From the NCBI GenBank assembly GCA_965113315.1, contig OZ220364.1: a DNA stretch of 64,000 bases; one strand, written 5' to 3'. Positions 1-15,300 of the stretch are shown here, piece by piece. The notes beneath the pieces are model-generated. The model saw only the letters and a program-made list of their open reading frames with translations, did not search any database and was not told the origin of the DNA. The stretch comes from Podarcis vaucheri. Lineage: Eukaryota. Both the position numbers and the translations under genes were made by a program. The first letter of the stretch is position 1. Each line of letters begins with the position of its first letter.

Positions 1-246
1 AATGAGGATTAGAATAGATTGTTTGAACAGATATAAACTTATAGCAGGAAGTCCATACAGTAATGAAATGTGGGTCTGTAAATATACTGGTTTTATTTGG
101 GGGTTGTTTTTTTAAAAAAAATTCCCAACAGCATCTTTTCTTATAGCCTGATAAGGAAAATGTGAAATTGTAAGCAGAGAGAGAGAATGCAATTTTACTT
201 TTAAAAGGAAATCTTCACTTTCTAATTCTGTAGCCAGTGTACTTAC

Positions 247-377
247 CTGTATATAGTTGTGGGTGGGGCACTCAGCGTGTCATAGATAAGTCTCACGTGA
301 CCTTGATACAACTCTAAAGCCAGGGGATCGTTGTCTCCTTTGTATAATAAGATGCCATTGTCTTTATCTGTTGCTAC
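247..377 (-). CDS. SLIT3: SLIT3 exon, 131 bp, laminin-G ([43 protein letters not shown])
   Basis: aag acceptor, GTAAGT donor; LamG GILLY motif. Confidence 0.94.
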
Positions 378-3300
378 CTTTAAATGTCAAAGTAAAAGTG
401 ATTAATGGCAATATATATATAAAAAGCAAAGGCATATACATAATATTTATGTATTGTCACAACAACTATTACCTCATGTATAGTTAGTAAATACCAAAAC
501 ATTTATCTCAAAGCTATTGCACTGTGCTCTTTGGTAAAGAAAATGGTTACTTTTTTTACAGTGTGATGGCACTGGTTGTAGCCTGCACCATTAAAAGGAA
601 AGGTGGCAAGCAGACCAGCCAACACAACAATCCTTTATCTTCTCGCTACTGCCACCCAGTGCATATCTTGATTTTTCTCTGGCTGCTTTCAGTGAACAGC
701 CTGTTAGCCTTTCAGATATTATCGGGCCTAACCTACTCCCTCCTCTGCAGAGAGTGATAAAGCAATTAGGCATGGCATAAATAACAGGTCCTCAGACTAA
801 TTCCGCCCCCCCTTCCACAAATTACTATATGCTTTTACTTAAGGTTTTAGGAACCTTTAGTAAGGCAAGAAAGTTATCCATAAATAGAGATAAATGCATT
901 CTATACCTATTCTAGACTTTTCCCCTAACCAAGTCAGTATTCAGCAATTTTGGCATCCCTTTGTTCAACTTCCGGGTCTTTTTGTGGTCTCTTCCACATT
1001 CCTCCTGTTGCAGTGCCCAACTATTCTCTTATACTTCCCAGTGTTTCAGTTCCCTCCATCTCTTCCAGCTTTGTCAACTGCAACTCTTCAAATGTCTGAT
1101 TCCACAGCTTTCTAACTACCCTATTTCCATTGCCTTTCCAAACTTTTACCAATCAGGAGAGTAGCTTTCTGGTAAAGTTTTTATTTCCCCTTAATTGTCT
1201 GCTTCCTAGGCTGAACCTTAGGCCCTTGTATGCAAAATATCCTGATCAAAACATCCCCTTTTAAACTTCCTATGAGCAACTTCCCGAACAAAACATCCAT
1301 TTGTGCTTTTAACTTTACTGTGAACTTTTGCCCCCCTGTGCTGTAGAGCCTTTGAAGTAAAAAACCATTTTACAACCCAAGTTTTACAACCGAAACCTAA
1401 ACTCAAAATGATTGAAAGTTGCTCTTTCCTTCGCATGTACCATTTTAAGTGTGGCATCTCTAGATATTTCAGTAAGCATTTCTGTGTGCAGTGGGCATTA
1501 GGAATCAGATCACAGTTACTGTGCTTATTCTATAAAAGGAGTTTTGCTAGGACAAATGTTCACTGAAAGTTAATAAACGGGATACATACAGTTTCTGTTA
1601 CCACCAGAAACACAACCAGGTAAAATGTACACTAAGAATTACTCATGTCAAACATCCCTCAGGTCAGTTTTGAAGAGGGAAGCTTGTGAAAATATGAAAC
1701 TTTAAATGTACACTGAAGCCAAGTACTAAATTTATTAAATTTCTATACCGCCCCTCCAAGGATCACAAAGACATAATACAGTAAACAAAAGCAATACCCG
1801 TCCCCCCAGTTAGGAAATCCTGAGTTTACTTGTTTATATAATTTATAGTTAATTCTTTCTGCTTAAGAAGCACTCATAATGGCATGCATCTTCTCTCATT
1901 TTTTTTTACTTTTTTGATAACTTGTTACCCAAAATCTCGCATAGCTCAAAGTGCTTGAGAAATAAAATGACAGAACGTAACACAACAAACTTCTAAAAAT
2001 ATTATTCAACTGCTGACTGCTTATGAAAACAGCAGCCATGAACTGAAGGCTTTAAAATAAGTAAACCACTTACAATGACTTCAGAAAATGGTGCAGTGCC
2101 CTGTCAGGACAGGCAAGTCAAGTGGTAGGCTACACCACGCCAAGTCTCCTGGCTGCATCCTTCAGTAGTAACAGCTGATATACAATGGACCATTTCAGAA
2201 TTAAGATTAAACCACCATCCATGCATTCAGCAGTTGTGTAAAGTGGTTGTATGCACATACTGACGAATGCTTGTTGAATGCTTGTGTGAGTTGGGGAGGA
2301 ATTCCAAATGTCATATTTAGCAGGGACTCTGCAAGGTCTCCTCTCATGTGGAGATGCTCTATGAGTCTTCTAATATGTTGTCCATGCATACAGATAACAG
2401 GGTAGCGTTTCTACTGAAAACATTTTCACTGCAGGTAGCAGTGGCAGTAGGCATGACTAGCTTCTGCAGCTTCCCCCCTGCATTATTTCAGCTTTCCCTG
2501 TATTGTGATTAGTTTAGTTCCACACAAGTTTTCAAGCATTTAGCCACTGCTCCCGAAGTTTTATCTATACGTCTTCTCCCAACCTTCTTATGTAGCTACA
2601 TGCTTTAAAAAAGGCCTTTGAGGTTCTCAGAAACAAGTAAATGTGCCAGAGTGCAGACTGCAGTAAATGTGCCAGAGTGATTTTTAAATTGGAAGACAAA
2701 TGGCAATATTTGAAACTGAAATATTCACTTTAAAAAAAAAAAATCAAAGTATTTGCTCAGACTGGTAACTTTTTATTTATTTCAGTTCTTTTTATTTGGA
2801 AGCACCCCTTAATCCTGTTTTAAGAGATGCTTCATTAAAGCTAATTTTTTACTTGTGTGGCATTAGCTACCAGATGGTGAAGCAATATTTTAACTGCAAA
2901 ATAAGCTTTGAGAACACCATCTGTGAGAGATCCATGTAGTAAACAAGTCTGGCTTTTATATTATCATTCAAAATCTACTTTTGTCATAAACCTGTTTTCA
3001 ACATGAAGCCCAAGATGTGGCCTGTATGACTGAATGTGCCTCAGCTCCTAGATCATGGCGCATTTTGCTTTTTTATGCAAGCAAAACCAGAGAGAATGAA
3101 GAGAGGTTGAGCAACGTCAAAAAAATAAACAAAATTGTTTCTTCATTTTTTTGTTCCATCGTATTGAGTGAGGAAAGAAATTATGGCTCTCTCCCAGTAC
3201 AAGATGCTTAAACTGCATCAGGAGCGTGTGAAAGCATGCAGATTAATTTAATCAGCTTTTAAAGTCATCAGGTGTTCCTTCCAATGATGGTTTAAGTGGG

Positions 3301-6300
3301 TATTGCTTATCACAGTAAGACTGTTTTCGCTGGTAGTAAATGTAATGTGTGTGCTGCCCTTTGTATAAGTTCTTTGCCACATTATATGGGAACAGAACTG
3401 GGTTGACTTACTTGAAGGGAGATGTTTGCTTGAGGGCGGATTTTGGCTTGTGAAAGTTCAACGTAGGAATCCTTTCCAACAAAATTGACGGTAATTAGTT
3501 TCTCACACTTCTGGCCAGCAAAACCAGCCAGGCAACGACAGACGGGTTCCTGGTGCACGACAATGCACTGCGCTCCGTTTTGGCATTCATAGTAGTCACA
3601 AGGGCTTGTCTGGAGCAGAACCATCGGCGGAGGATTTTCACAGAAAAGCCCACTTAAAAAATAAGAAAGTAAGAATGTTATTCTAAACCCACCAGAAGTT
3701 TAAAGATATGAAGTTCAAATCTAAATGTGCCGTTGTCAACTCCTGCTGCTCTAGAGTGTACAAAAGTGACAAATACTGGGCCAAAACCAAAGAAACATTT
3801 CCAGCTCTTGTGTTGGTTTTTTAGGTAATCCTGTGAGTACATAATGGACTATATACATATGAGTATATATGTTCACGACAGCACTTTATCAAACCATATG
3901 AGCAGGAAACATTACATATCAATTACCGGTACTTCAATCCTACACCCTGAGTGGAAAATCACCAGTGGTACATGGCCGATGGGGGTGGGGTGGAAATCAG
4001 GCTAGAAAACACTCATTTAAATTCATATTTAAATCAAAATGTGTGACTGAATTATTTGACTGCTAAATATGCAGCTAGATATTCATGTGACATTTGGAAA
4101 GGAAAACACCACCAACCTTTCAAAACTATACCATTCACTTCATTAAGTTTTTTTTTAATGAAACAATATATCAGGCACTTGTAAAATTGCAGCAAGGTGG
4201 TTTTGAAAGCAAGGCACACCGTAGTCTCTTATAAGAGGTTTGAAAATAAATATTTGTAATCATGTTCTTTGCAATTACCAGCCTTCCGTTTCTAATGAAG
4301 TTTCAACTTGTTTTTAATTTGTTATTCCTGTGTGTGTCCATTCTGTTCATATTTTGGCTAAAATAGAAACCGACTAGAATTCAAGTCTTTTCAGTGACAT
4401 CTGCTCCTCTTTTCAGGAGTGGTTTTACTAATAAGAAAAATGTATTCTCTCTTAGGTCACACTTACAGCTAGTGTCTAGTTTTATTGAGCCACAGTCATG
4501 CTGCTTACAAGGTAGCTATGTGGGGCTGCTTCCTATCACTAGCAGTGAAACAGACAAGTAGTGATGTTCATGGTTGGTCCTAAATGAAAGTGAGGCACAT
4601 CTAAGAAAACTGTTATGTGAGAAATAGTTTTCAGATGTCAGCCACAACGTAAGACTGGGTCAGAATGTGAAGAAGTGGTTCTAGATTACTTTTGAGCAAT
4701 ATTTGCATTGTTTTGTCTTTCCCTGTAGTGCCTCCAAGTATTCTCATTTTTTTTGAATCCCCCCACCCAATGCAATTTGCTTTCCCTTGTGGGATAGGGC
4801 CAATGACAAGACACTTCACTGAAAAATCACCAGGGGGAAGACGTGCGAAGAGCTACTGTGACCTTCCAACAACAGACTACTTCATTGTCTGACTCTGATC
4901 AGAATGCTGATACTGCATGTCCATGAAGACAGCTGTGCTCACCCATAGTTCTCAAATGCTGCCAGACTGGCACATTAGGCAGGCACAGAGGTGGCAAGGA
5001 GCTGTATCATTGACCCCTGGCAATGAACTGTATGAGCATCTTCCTGAAAAAAAACTGAGAAGCAAGCGAGGTTGCCTGGACAGGAGGATCATGCCTCCTC
5101 AAGACTGGACAGGCTGCATGTGCTGCTCTTAACAGGGAAGCCACTCTGAGGACCCCCTTCTGCCATCATCATCACCACCATCATCATTAGCAGCAGCAGC
5201 AGCAGCTTTTCCTGTTGGAGATCCTAGCAGATTCCTTCTACAGGCAAAGCAGGAGCTGAAATGCTGAGCCAGGGGGTGTTCCAGGTGTTGCGGGAGGAAA
5301 CCAACACCTGATAGGTGATTTCCGGACCTCCCCCTGGGCCTGCACTCCTGGTGGGGGCCAGTTTCACCAACCCTTAGGTATGCCTCTGACCAGGCAATGT
5401 GGCTAAGCTGAGACAGAGAGGAAGATTTATTTCTTTATTTTTCTGCTGGTTGTCCCAAAGTTCTTCTTTATAACAACTTTCCAAAACCAACCAAACTATT
5501 TGCATAACATAATGAGCGTATCATTAACATGAAAGTCACACCATAGCACACAGAAAATGTAAAGCAGACTATGGTGCATGCCCTCTTTCCAAAGACATTC
5601 TATAGACTTTCCAATTAAGAGGTTTATTCTGTCATTGTTGCAGAAAAGCCCCTTTGATGGATTTAGAGTAAAAGCAAGAAGCTACAAGCAAATGTACGAT
5701 ATTAATAAAACCCACACAGTTTAAGAACTGAAAATGTGTGTGAAGATAATACCACAACTTCTCTGAACTAAGCAAAGGAGAGCAAAAAACAAAAACAAAA
5801 AGCCCACGGCAAATCTATGCATGTTTCTCAGAACTAAGACCACACTATTTAATGGAGCTGACTCTCAGATAGCATGCATAGGGCTGCAGCTTTGCTTAAT
5901 ATAAATGAATAATTAAGAATTCTTTTTTTTTTTAAGACATTGAATGGAACAATACATCCTAAAATATGCAGACAATATCCAGACAAAGGTAGCAACAGAG
6001 ACTGTGCACTATGTTTTGCACTGAATGTGCAGGCTTTTTCAAAGAGCATTAGCTTGAAGGGCTGGAATCCCTCAATGGCTTCAATGGAGGATTTCCTCAC
6101 AATACAAATAGCATCTTCAGAGGAAGGATTTTCCTCAGCACCAAAGCAGGAGAGGAAAGGGTTGCATTTCCCCTCTGTGCATGATGCAACCCTGGTGATC
6201 TATCTTCCAGGTAATGTTATGCATTTCAGGGGGACAGAGGACCGCACATTAAATCCAAAAACTGCATTTAACCTCACAACTTGTCTGGCCCCGTGTCTCT

Positions 6301-9300
6301 TGTTTTTTTGAAAGTTGAGTCAGAGAAGGGAGGATAGATGGAACTGTGTCTAATGTACCTTCTCTTCTAGCAATTTCTTACTGTGAAAAATGACAGTTGA
6401 CTCTCCTCGGCTTAAAGTGATGTGAAGGAGGAGCTGGGCTTTTAAAACTTACATGCAAAGATATTGCTTTCTTGTTGCTTAAGTCACATTCTAGTATATA
6501 TGAATCAGTCGCAAGCACAGGTTTTGCCAATCTTTCTTGACTGCAACTCTATAAAACTATGAAATAGCTTATTAGTGTGAGCGCTTCTGAAATAAATAAT
6601 ATGGCCACTTTCTCCCAGATATTGACTCTGTGTTATTTTTTCCCTTAACTTTTGTATGAACTCTCTTTAGAATTCATGAACCCCTGGTAAGTAAAGTCTG
6701 ACTTATTAAACCTTCCCTTTAGCAGTCCACCTATTTTTCTGATAGATGTCACTATGGAGGGGAAACATACATTACAACTGCTGAGCTTTGTATAATGCAT
6801 GTTGTTTTATTTCTTTGTTACATAGCTATTTCAGAAGTTCTCCCACTGTGACATTTTGCAGCAAGGAGTTTCTCCAGAAATCCTTTAAGTAAGCAGGGAT
6901 CATACCAAACTGTACAACCTAAGTCTGCAACCACAGGCACTTCATTAAAGTTGGAACCAGATGTCAGGTTCACAAAAGTGCCCTGAAAAAGAATTGTGAC
7001 ATTGGCAACAGCTGCAACAGCCTCAAAGCCCGTCTACAAGGGTGGTGAGACTGCAGTTTCACAGCATCTTCACGTTGTTATGATGCCACTAAGTCTTCAG
7101 CAAACTGCAGTCTGTTAGCTTTTTTTTTTTTTTAACAGCACTTTGTTTGGGCTACTTCATCAAAATTTAGGCCACAGTCCTAAACACACTTACTTGGGAG
7201 TGGGCCACGTTGAAATTAGCAAAATCAAAAATATACTCATGCCGACTGACATCCAACAGTGTTTCCTGGGGGAACAGTCTTAATAAATTCATAGATATAT
7301 TTCATATGTAGGTTTACAAATAACATGTATAATGAGGTCAGGATGAATTTTTGTGGCGTGTAAAAAATGAGCAGAAAAGGTTGCTCAAAACCTTCCTGTA
7401 TCATGACGACGATGATGATTTATTAAGTTTATATATCACCCTTCATCCAAAGATCACAGGGTGGTTTAAAGCAAAAAACTAGAGAGTACACAAGATAATA
7501 ACAAAAATAAATAAATAACACACCCCAACACATGAAGCTAGGTCAAACTTGCCCAGGCTTGCGCCCCAGGGAGGTCACTTCAGTGCTGCTAACCTATCAG
7601 TTTGACTTCACTGCTGGAGGCACAATCCATTGTCTCTCAAGACAGGTGGATGCCAACAACATCATCATTCTGGGCTGTGAGTGCCTGTATGCTCCTCATG
7701 CCATGTTATGTCCACACCAGTGGGTGCTACAAAGCTACAAATCACATAGACTGTTATTTGAAGAAGTAATTGAATCAAAATATAATCAATAAGGGTTTAT
7801 GTATGATTGCCCACTGCTACCCATGAAATGTCAAAACGATTGGATTGGACGTATACGGAATATTGGAAGTTTTATGGAGAGAAATATGGTAAAAGAATTG
7901 GAAAGGGTTCTCCCTTTATTCATTTTTAAAATTAGAGTCACAGGGGTATACTGCTAAAACACTCCATTTAAACAACATTTTGCTTTAAAAAAAATAGACC
8001 GGAAGTGTTGAACTGAGGTTGTGTGGGTTATGTGGGTGCACCAGCAAATATGCCAAGTGTATTCCAACAATGTATCCTCACAGCTCTAACTTCACCACTA
8101 CTCTACCATACCCTATTCTGATAAGTGGCAACAAAGCTGCTGTTGGAAGGGCAGGACTCTGGCATCTTCCCACTGCATTGTAGTTACACTTTCATTAAGC
8201 TAGTATTTCACAACATTAAAAAGACCCCAACCCCAACCCCCACTTTAGATGGGAAAGTGTTTAGTTTGTTTAAACTTGCTTAAACAAAATTAACAGGGCA
8301 ATATAATGGTGCTCACCACAAAGGTTATAGCAAATGTGTGTTGAGCTGTGATACATCCCCCTGCCTGATATGCCACTGCCCATGTCAAAATTGAATCTCT
8401 TAATACTGCTACTTACGCATCCTTCTCAAAAAAAAGGGGAAACTGTCTGTTTCAAATAGATGAGGACATCAGTGTGCGTGAATCATGAATGGTGATTTCA
8501 CACAAAATGCCTAGCTGGAAGTAGCCTGGTACATACATGACAAGATCATTCAGTGTTTTAGCTAAATTGGCTGCAGTTTATTACATTCATCCTAATTTCC
8601 ATTCCCATAGGCCACCAAAAGCAATCCTTCTTTTTCATTGGCACTTAAGACTTTCAAATAACTACACAGCTAATGCCCAAGGCATGTACCACTGCTCTCT
8701 TTTGTAAATGAATTGAAATTGATTTTACATGCACGCACATCAGAGAACTCAACTTTGTGGTGCTCACAGTGTTTGCCATTGCTGTCTTTAAAATAATAAA
8801 AAAGGGATTCCAAATCCCCAGCAGAGCAGCCTGCCAGGAAAATACAGAAGGCAAAGTTCGTGTAAAGAATAATAAGTAGAAGTATTTTGTTACCAGAATT
8901 TTAAACTTCATTTTAAACTCCCATGCCTAAAGTGTAAAGAGTTCACTACAGAAGAGTTCAGTCTCCATTGCTCTAAATGTAAGATACAGCTCCAAAGAAC
9001 AATAAACTGGTTTGTCATTATGAGAACAAGCCCTTTGGGCTGGCATTCTCCTCCACTGCTCCTCTTTCCTCCTCCGGTATGACCATGAGGAGATGGAAAG
9101 ATTTCACTTCTGATTTCAGTTAACTACAGTTTAGCATTACATCTGTGCCCTAATCTGTGATTAATCTTATGATTTGTTGAAACAAAATAATTTCATAAAA
9201 TGAAAGCGGAAGTGAAAGCTTCCAAATGCCTTCTGACAGTCATGCCAAAGGAGCATTGAAGAGGAAGTATACATACAGTGTTTTATTTATAGTGTCTGCA

Positions 9301-12300
9301 GAAGACATTTGCTGCCGTCCCTTTCAACAATAAACTATACACGAGTGCTACCCTCCCATCTCACTTTCTCTCAGGAGAAACTGTTGTGAAGTTGTGTCAC
9401 CTCCCCTTTCACAACAGGGGCGCTGTCCTTGGCTGGTGTGATAAATTTGCTTCTCCCTTCCCACTGCTGGCCCATGAGTCCACCATGGTGGCCATTGGCT
9501 CCAGGGCCTGGGCTGAGCTTTTGTGGGAGGTGACTCTGCCTCCAATTTGCTGCCCTGGGCAGTTGCCTGGTTTACCCTCTCATAAATACATCTTTGCAAT
9601 GCTCATTTCATTGTCTTTTTTGTTTGGCAAGGTGAGGAACACAACAGGTGAACTAGGAGTGACAGAAAGGGATAAAAATGGAAAATGGAAAACTGCAAAT
9701 CTTCTTATATAAGGCAAAAGCATGAGCACCTAGGACAGCATAAAATACTCAAGCTATTAAAAGTATGGTTTTATTATAATGCATCTATGTTCTTTATAAA
9801 TTCCATATGAACGTCAAATGATGACGTTCTTTTACTGCTTTTGTTCCTGATGTTTTTAGAGAGTGCCACACTTCTTTTCTATTTGACTAACTTATTTATA
9901 TTTTTGGAAAATTCTGGTTTTGATTGCAAGTGGCTTTGAATCTTTACCAGAAAGGCAGGATATAAATTCTGAAAACAAACATACAAAACATTTATCGTGC
10001 TGAAGTCTCTAGACTTTCACAGGCACTGTGCTCCCACTACATTGGTTCCTAAAAACAATGTCCCCCAAACCATTTTTTTGGGGGGGTGGCATGTTACTTT
10101 TAAGCATGGTACGTTTCGAGCAACATACTTTAAAATAATGTGCCACCAACAAATGGACACTTTTAGGAACATAGGCGATTTAGGAACTTAGACAAATCTA
10201 TCCATTAGCCTTTTTCTGTACAACCAGCATAAAGTCAAAGATTTAAGGAGAGAATAGAACAGGAAGGGTGAACAAAGAAATTCATTTCCTTATCTTATCT
10301 TTTATAAGCACTGAGCTTTTGAAAGCATGGCCTTACATCACTTTAAGAATCAATACCTGCTCTTCAGAATGCTAAAAGCAGAGTAATGCAACAGAAGTAC
10401 ATGGTAAGAACAAAAGGAAAGAAGCAATGAAATCGGGAAAACAGTAAATTGCTGTAGGTTCAATGACCAGAGAAAAGGTTCACAAATGCTCCTGCATTTC
10501 TATTTTCTCATAGCTCTTTTTTTCCAGGTGTGACTGCTCTCTTGCTGTGAATGTGTTCTCAAATACAGAAAATATTTGACTGGAAGGAAGCAATATCTAA
10601 CCCTCCAGGCAATGATTACTGAACTCATTTGGTGAAGTGTCCTTATCTTTGACATACAGTGAAATTTTCAGAAGAGTGGCCTATTGACAGCTGACAGAAC
10701 TAAACTTGGAAATTGTCAAGACAGAGCTACAGAAATCCTGTACACCAAATGCAAAGCACTTTTATGGCAATCAGAATCCGAACACTTAGTGTGATGATGG
10801 TAGGAATTCTATGTAACATAAAGCGTAACTTGAACATTCCCAATCAGCCTCTGGGCGTGTTGTTGCCTTACATTTCTTGTGAATGTAGTTTCATGGTGGA
10901 GCAACAGAACGTGCTTCCTTCACAACTTTCTGCTTAATACACAGTGGTCTCTGATGGGGATAAAAATGTTGGGGAGAAGCCTTCTGCACATGACTCTTTG
11001 TACATTCAAAATGAATGGCTAAACTGGGCTGTACACTGCACGATTAGCAGGCCCTTAACCTGCTACTGCTTTGAACAGTTTTTAAAATTAACATTGAGGG
11101 GCATTTTACAAAAAAACAAAGCACCAAACAAATGTTTAAATCAGACAGGCATGCAAGATGCTGGGATAGGAGGGTAGAGAACCTGCTGAAGTAAAGATGC
11201 AGGATGAATTATTGATAAAGCTGCATTTACATGGAGTGTATCAACCAAGTCATTTAGAGCAGATTCTTTGAAATTAATGTCATGACTAACTTAGGTCCAT
11301 TAATTTCAATGTGTCTACTCTGAGTAAACCTTAGTTAACAACAAGTCTATGAATTTTATTACTCTAAGTTGCTTTGATACTCTTTTGAAGAAAAGTACAA
11401 CAGAGTGAAGACGAAATCAAAGATAAGTTCATGGTTTAATAAACTAACCAGGGTATTTATGTATAAAATAAGTGTCTGCCCTACGAGGCCTCAGAAAACG
11501 GGAATAAATTATTATTATGCTGATATGCAATGGAAGGTCGTTCCAAATGAAAGTGCTGACACACTAAAGACCCCATTCCAACACCAGGCAGAACAAATCT
11601 CCTGATAGGATGGTATCTGCAGGAAGCTCTATCCTGCAGAACACAGTGATCAACTGGGTATGTAGGGGGCAATGACTGGAAGTAACAGTGTGCATGCCGA
11701 AAATGGCTTTGTCATACAAGTGGATTGCTAGATGTTGTGCAATTAGCTTCTGAACCATTAAAAATAGTTCCATGAGCCTGTACATTCCAATGTCAGAGTA
11801 TTATCTGGAGGGAGCCCATGCCACTTTGCTTACCTGAATCCTTGAGGACAAATGCAGGTGTACCCATTGACAGCATCTACACACAATGCACCATGGCGGC
11901 ATTTGTGTCCCGCACAGTCATCTTCATCAATTTCACAATGTTTTCCACTGTAGCCAGGCAAGCATTCACATCTGTAACAAGATCAATCAGTGAATCCATA
12001 AGCATAAATCAGTGTTCAATTATATCAACAAAAGTGTTTGTGATGTGAAGGTGAAAGTGCTATAGAAACCAAAGCATAAAGGCCACAGCAAACCTCAATA
12101 TATCTGATGAGAAATAAAGAGTGTTAGTATAGTATTTGTTTTTGCAGCCCATAATAGGAGGCTAGGTGAGTACAAATATTGACTTGAATCCTGAGAAGTG
12201 CCAATGGAAGGGGGATATCAGAAAGATGACTGTCACAACAACACCTGGCAGCCCTTAATCTCCCCAAAGCTGCTCCTGAAGGTCAGGGAACCTTCTGAAA

Positions 12301-15300
12301 CTGGGTGGACTGTGTCACTGCAGGTTGACGGGGAATTGCATCACAGCCCACTATACCCAGGAGGGTCCTCCATAGCTCAGGGGAGGCTTTTCAGGGGCTG
12401 CAGAGGAGAAAGAGGCAGAAAGGTCCGCATCCTTTCTGCCAGTGCTATTCATATTAAAGTGACAGGAGTCCTATATTGCATTGCATATATATAATTTAAA
12501 GTATGATGGGGAATCTCTGCCTGCAGGCAAAACATTGCCCGCTAGATGTTCAAACTTGAGCAGCATGGCTGATTTCACCAAACCACACCCACTTGCTTGA
12601 CACCTGACATCATATGTGATGTTAGGTATGGGGCAGGTAGAGATGTACATTGGCAATGGAAAACAAGTCTTTGGCTCTACCACCCATCAGCGGATGGAAG
12701 GTAAATCTGAAACCTGCCAGATCAGGTGTGCAAGCAAGTTTTCTTGCAGACACACCCAATGCCTACAGAAAGCTAGATTTGGCTCTACTGTCCGTCAGCT
12801 GACTTCAAAGTACCCAATCACAAGGCATCACTATGACATCAGGTGACTGACAGGTGGGCACTCCCACCTGCCCGTCAAATTTTGCTCTCTAAGGTAGATC
12901 CTAATAAGGATCTGGCCTGTGGAGCCAAAAAGATTCCCCAATTTCTATTTTAACGTGCCAGTAACAAAATAGTGTAAAGATTCTTTGTTAAAGCCATTGT
13001 AACTAACTGAAGTTAAACCGTATTCTTTAATAAGTAACCATACATACTAACATCACTGTTTATAGTAATAACCATTTAAAGCAAGTTCTTGGTCATTTAA
13101 AGCAGGTCTCTCAAATCGTGAAAACATTTAGATAAACTTCATAATTCCCTCAAGGTAGTGTATAGTGAAGCATTGTATCTTATGGAAATGACAATCACTT
13201 AATAAGCCTGCATTTGAACTGTAATTATAATGAAAAGAAGCAATAAATATTTGTTTCTCAGATCTTAATATGAAGATAAAAGAACAAGTTGATGCCATTC
13301 CACCACCTTCAGATGGCAACTCATTTCTAGAAAGCAGATTGGAGGATCCAAAGTAACAACAAACATAAGCTATTATATATTTATTACTGTTGTTAAGTTG
13401 CTTGTATTAAAGTTGTGTCAGCATTTCCATTATATACCCTATTTTCCGAGGTTTATTACTCAACCATAAAAAATGTGCTCTAGGCTGAAACTTGGCATTC
13501 AAGGTCTCAGGCCAGGGGGAGCAAATCTCTCTGGAAATCTAGGCAGTCTCTCAAAATCTTAGACACTATGCTTTGGACTGGCTTGAATGTATTTCAGCCT
13601 ATAAACCACATTTCAAACCTCCCAGCTGGATGTTGCTGTACAGCTGGAAAATAATAAGCATATCATTCAAACCAGAACAAAAGAGAAACATCCATTACTT
13701 CCCCAGTTTAGCATATGTTACATATTTTGGAGATTGTACTTTCGTATACCTCTGAACTCTGGATGTCAACAGCTTATTTAATTCTAATGCTAGCCTCTTT
13801 ACTTCTAGATTTCCTCCTGCACTGCAAAAAAGACTGGTGCAGAAAGCTGGAAAGAAAGGTGTATTAAGATTAAGAGGAAATATGTGGGATAACTTCATGT
13901 CACCTTACTATGTGGTTGTATTTAGCGGCCACAGGAAGTAAGGGCATAAAAGAGACAGAAACTAGACAATCTATAGATATGGAAACTGATTCATCTTATG
14001 TTTCATGGGTGTTTAAATAGTACCCAGGGGAAACAGATTTCTAGTCTTTCAATGTATCTGGATTACTAATTTCTAAATTTGTAGTTTGCATCTGTATGTT
14101 ATATAATGATACACGAAGGTAGTTTTATACACTTCCATTCCTGTAGCCCAAAGCAAGTTAAGACCCTACATATTTCAGAATCAGACTTGTTTTATATGCA
14201 GACACCGTAAGCATTTGAAGCTGTATGAATTGTGCTCACTTTCACAGGATAGGTTGTAATCAAGGTAGGGTGGTCCTGTTCCCTATTTGAAGGACCATTG
14301 GGTCAAAGTCTGGTTTAAAGATAAAGAACCACTTGAAGGAAGAGCAAGGGCTTGAAGTTGCCTCTCAACAGTTAGAACCTGGACAGCAGCAGCCTGAGAG
14401 ATAACACAGGTCACAGTTTCCCCTACTATGGTGAGATGTAATATATTTCTGATTATCATAATTATTTCTAAATTTGCATCTATACATTCAAATAATAAAA
14501 ATCAGTATGTGCTAATTTTATGCAAATTGATGGCCTAGTCTGTTCTTTTTTTATTATGCCTTTTCTATGTTTAAGTAACCACTTAAACCAGAGACATGGT
14601 CTTTAAAGTGACCAGCAACAAAAGTAGTTGGTCTTCTCCTTTTTGAATGTGCAAGGAAACACACTACTCCAGTTACAAGTTATTAATTGCTATTACAAAA
14701 TATTAACTATTATTACAGAGCATAAGCACTTGCTTGATTTGATCAACAGGGAAGCATAAGGCTGGCTCAGATATTAGCTCTTCTACTCCCCTCATTGCAG
14801 GTAAGTTGTTACTAGGCCGTATAGGGCTTTAAAGGTTAAAACCAGCACCTTAAACCTGATCCTGTACTCCACCGGGAGCCAGTGCAGCTGGTATAGTACC
14901 GGGTGAATGTGATCTCGCAGCGAAGACCCCATAAGGAGTCTCGCCGCGGCATTCTGCACCCGCTGGAGTTTCTGGGTCAGTCTCAAGGGCAGCCCCACGT
15001 AGAGCGAGTTACAATAATCCAGTCTGGAGGTGACCGTCGCATGGATCACAGTGGCTAGGTCAGAGCGAGAGAGATAAGGGGCCAACTGCTTAGCTTGGCG
15101 GAGATGAAAAAATGCCGCCTTTGTTATAGCTGTAATCTGCGCCTCCATGGAGAGGGAGGTATCGAAGATTACACCCAAACTCTTAACGGACGGTGCTGGC
15201 ACTAATTGCACCCCCGCAAGAGATGGGAGGTGTCCCCTCAATCCCATATCGTCCCGCCCCAGCCAGAGGACCTCTGTCTTCGAAGGATTTAACTTCAACC

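Noticed and set aside
13457-13515. ~55-bp segment repeated near 27485-27540
   Set aside because: Most likely fragments of an old interspersed repeat; too short to classify.
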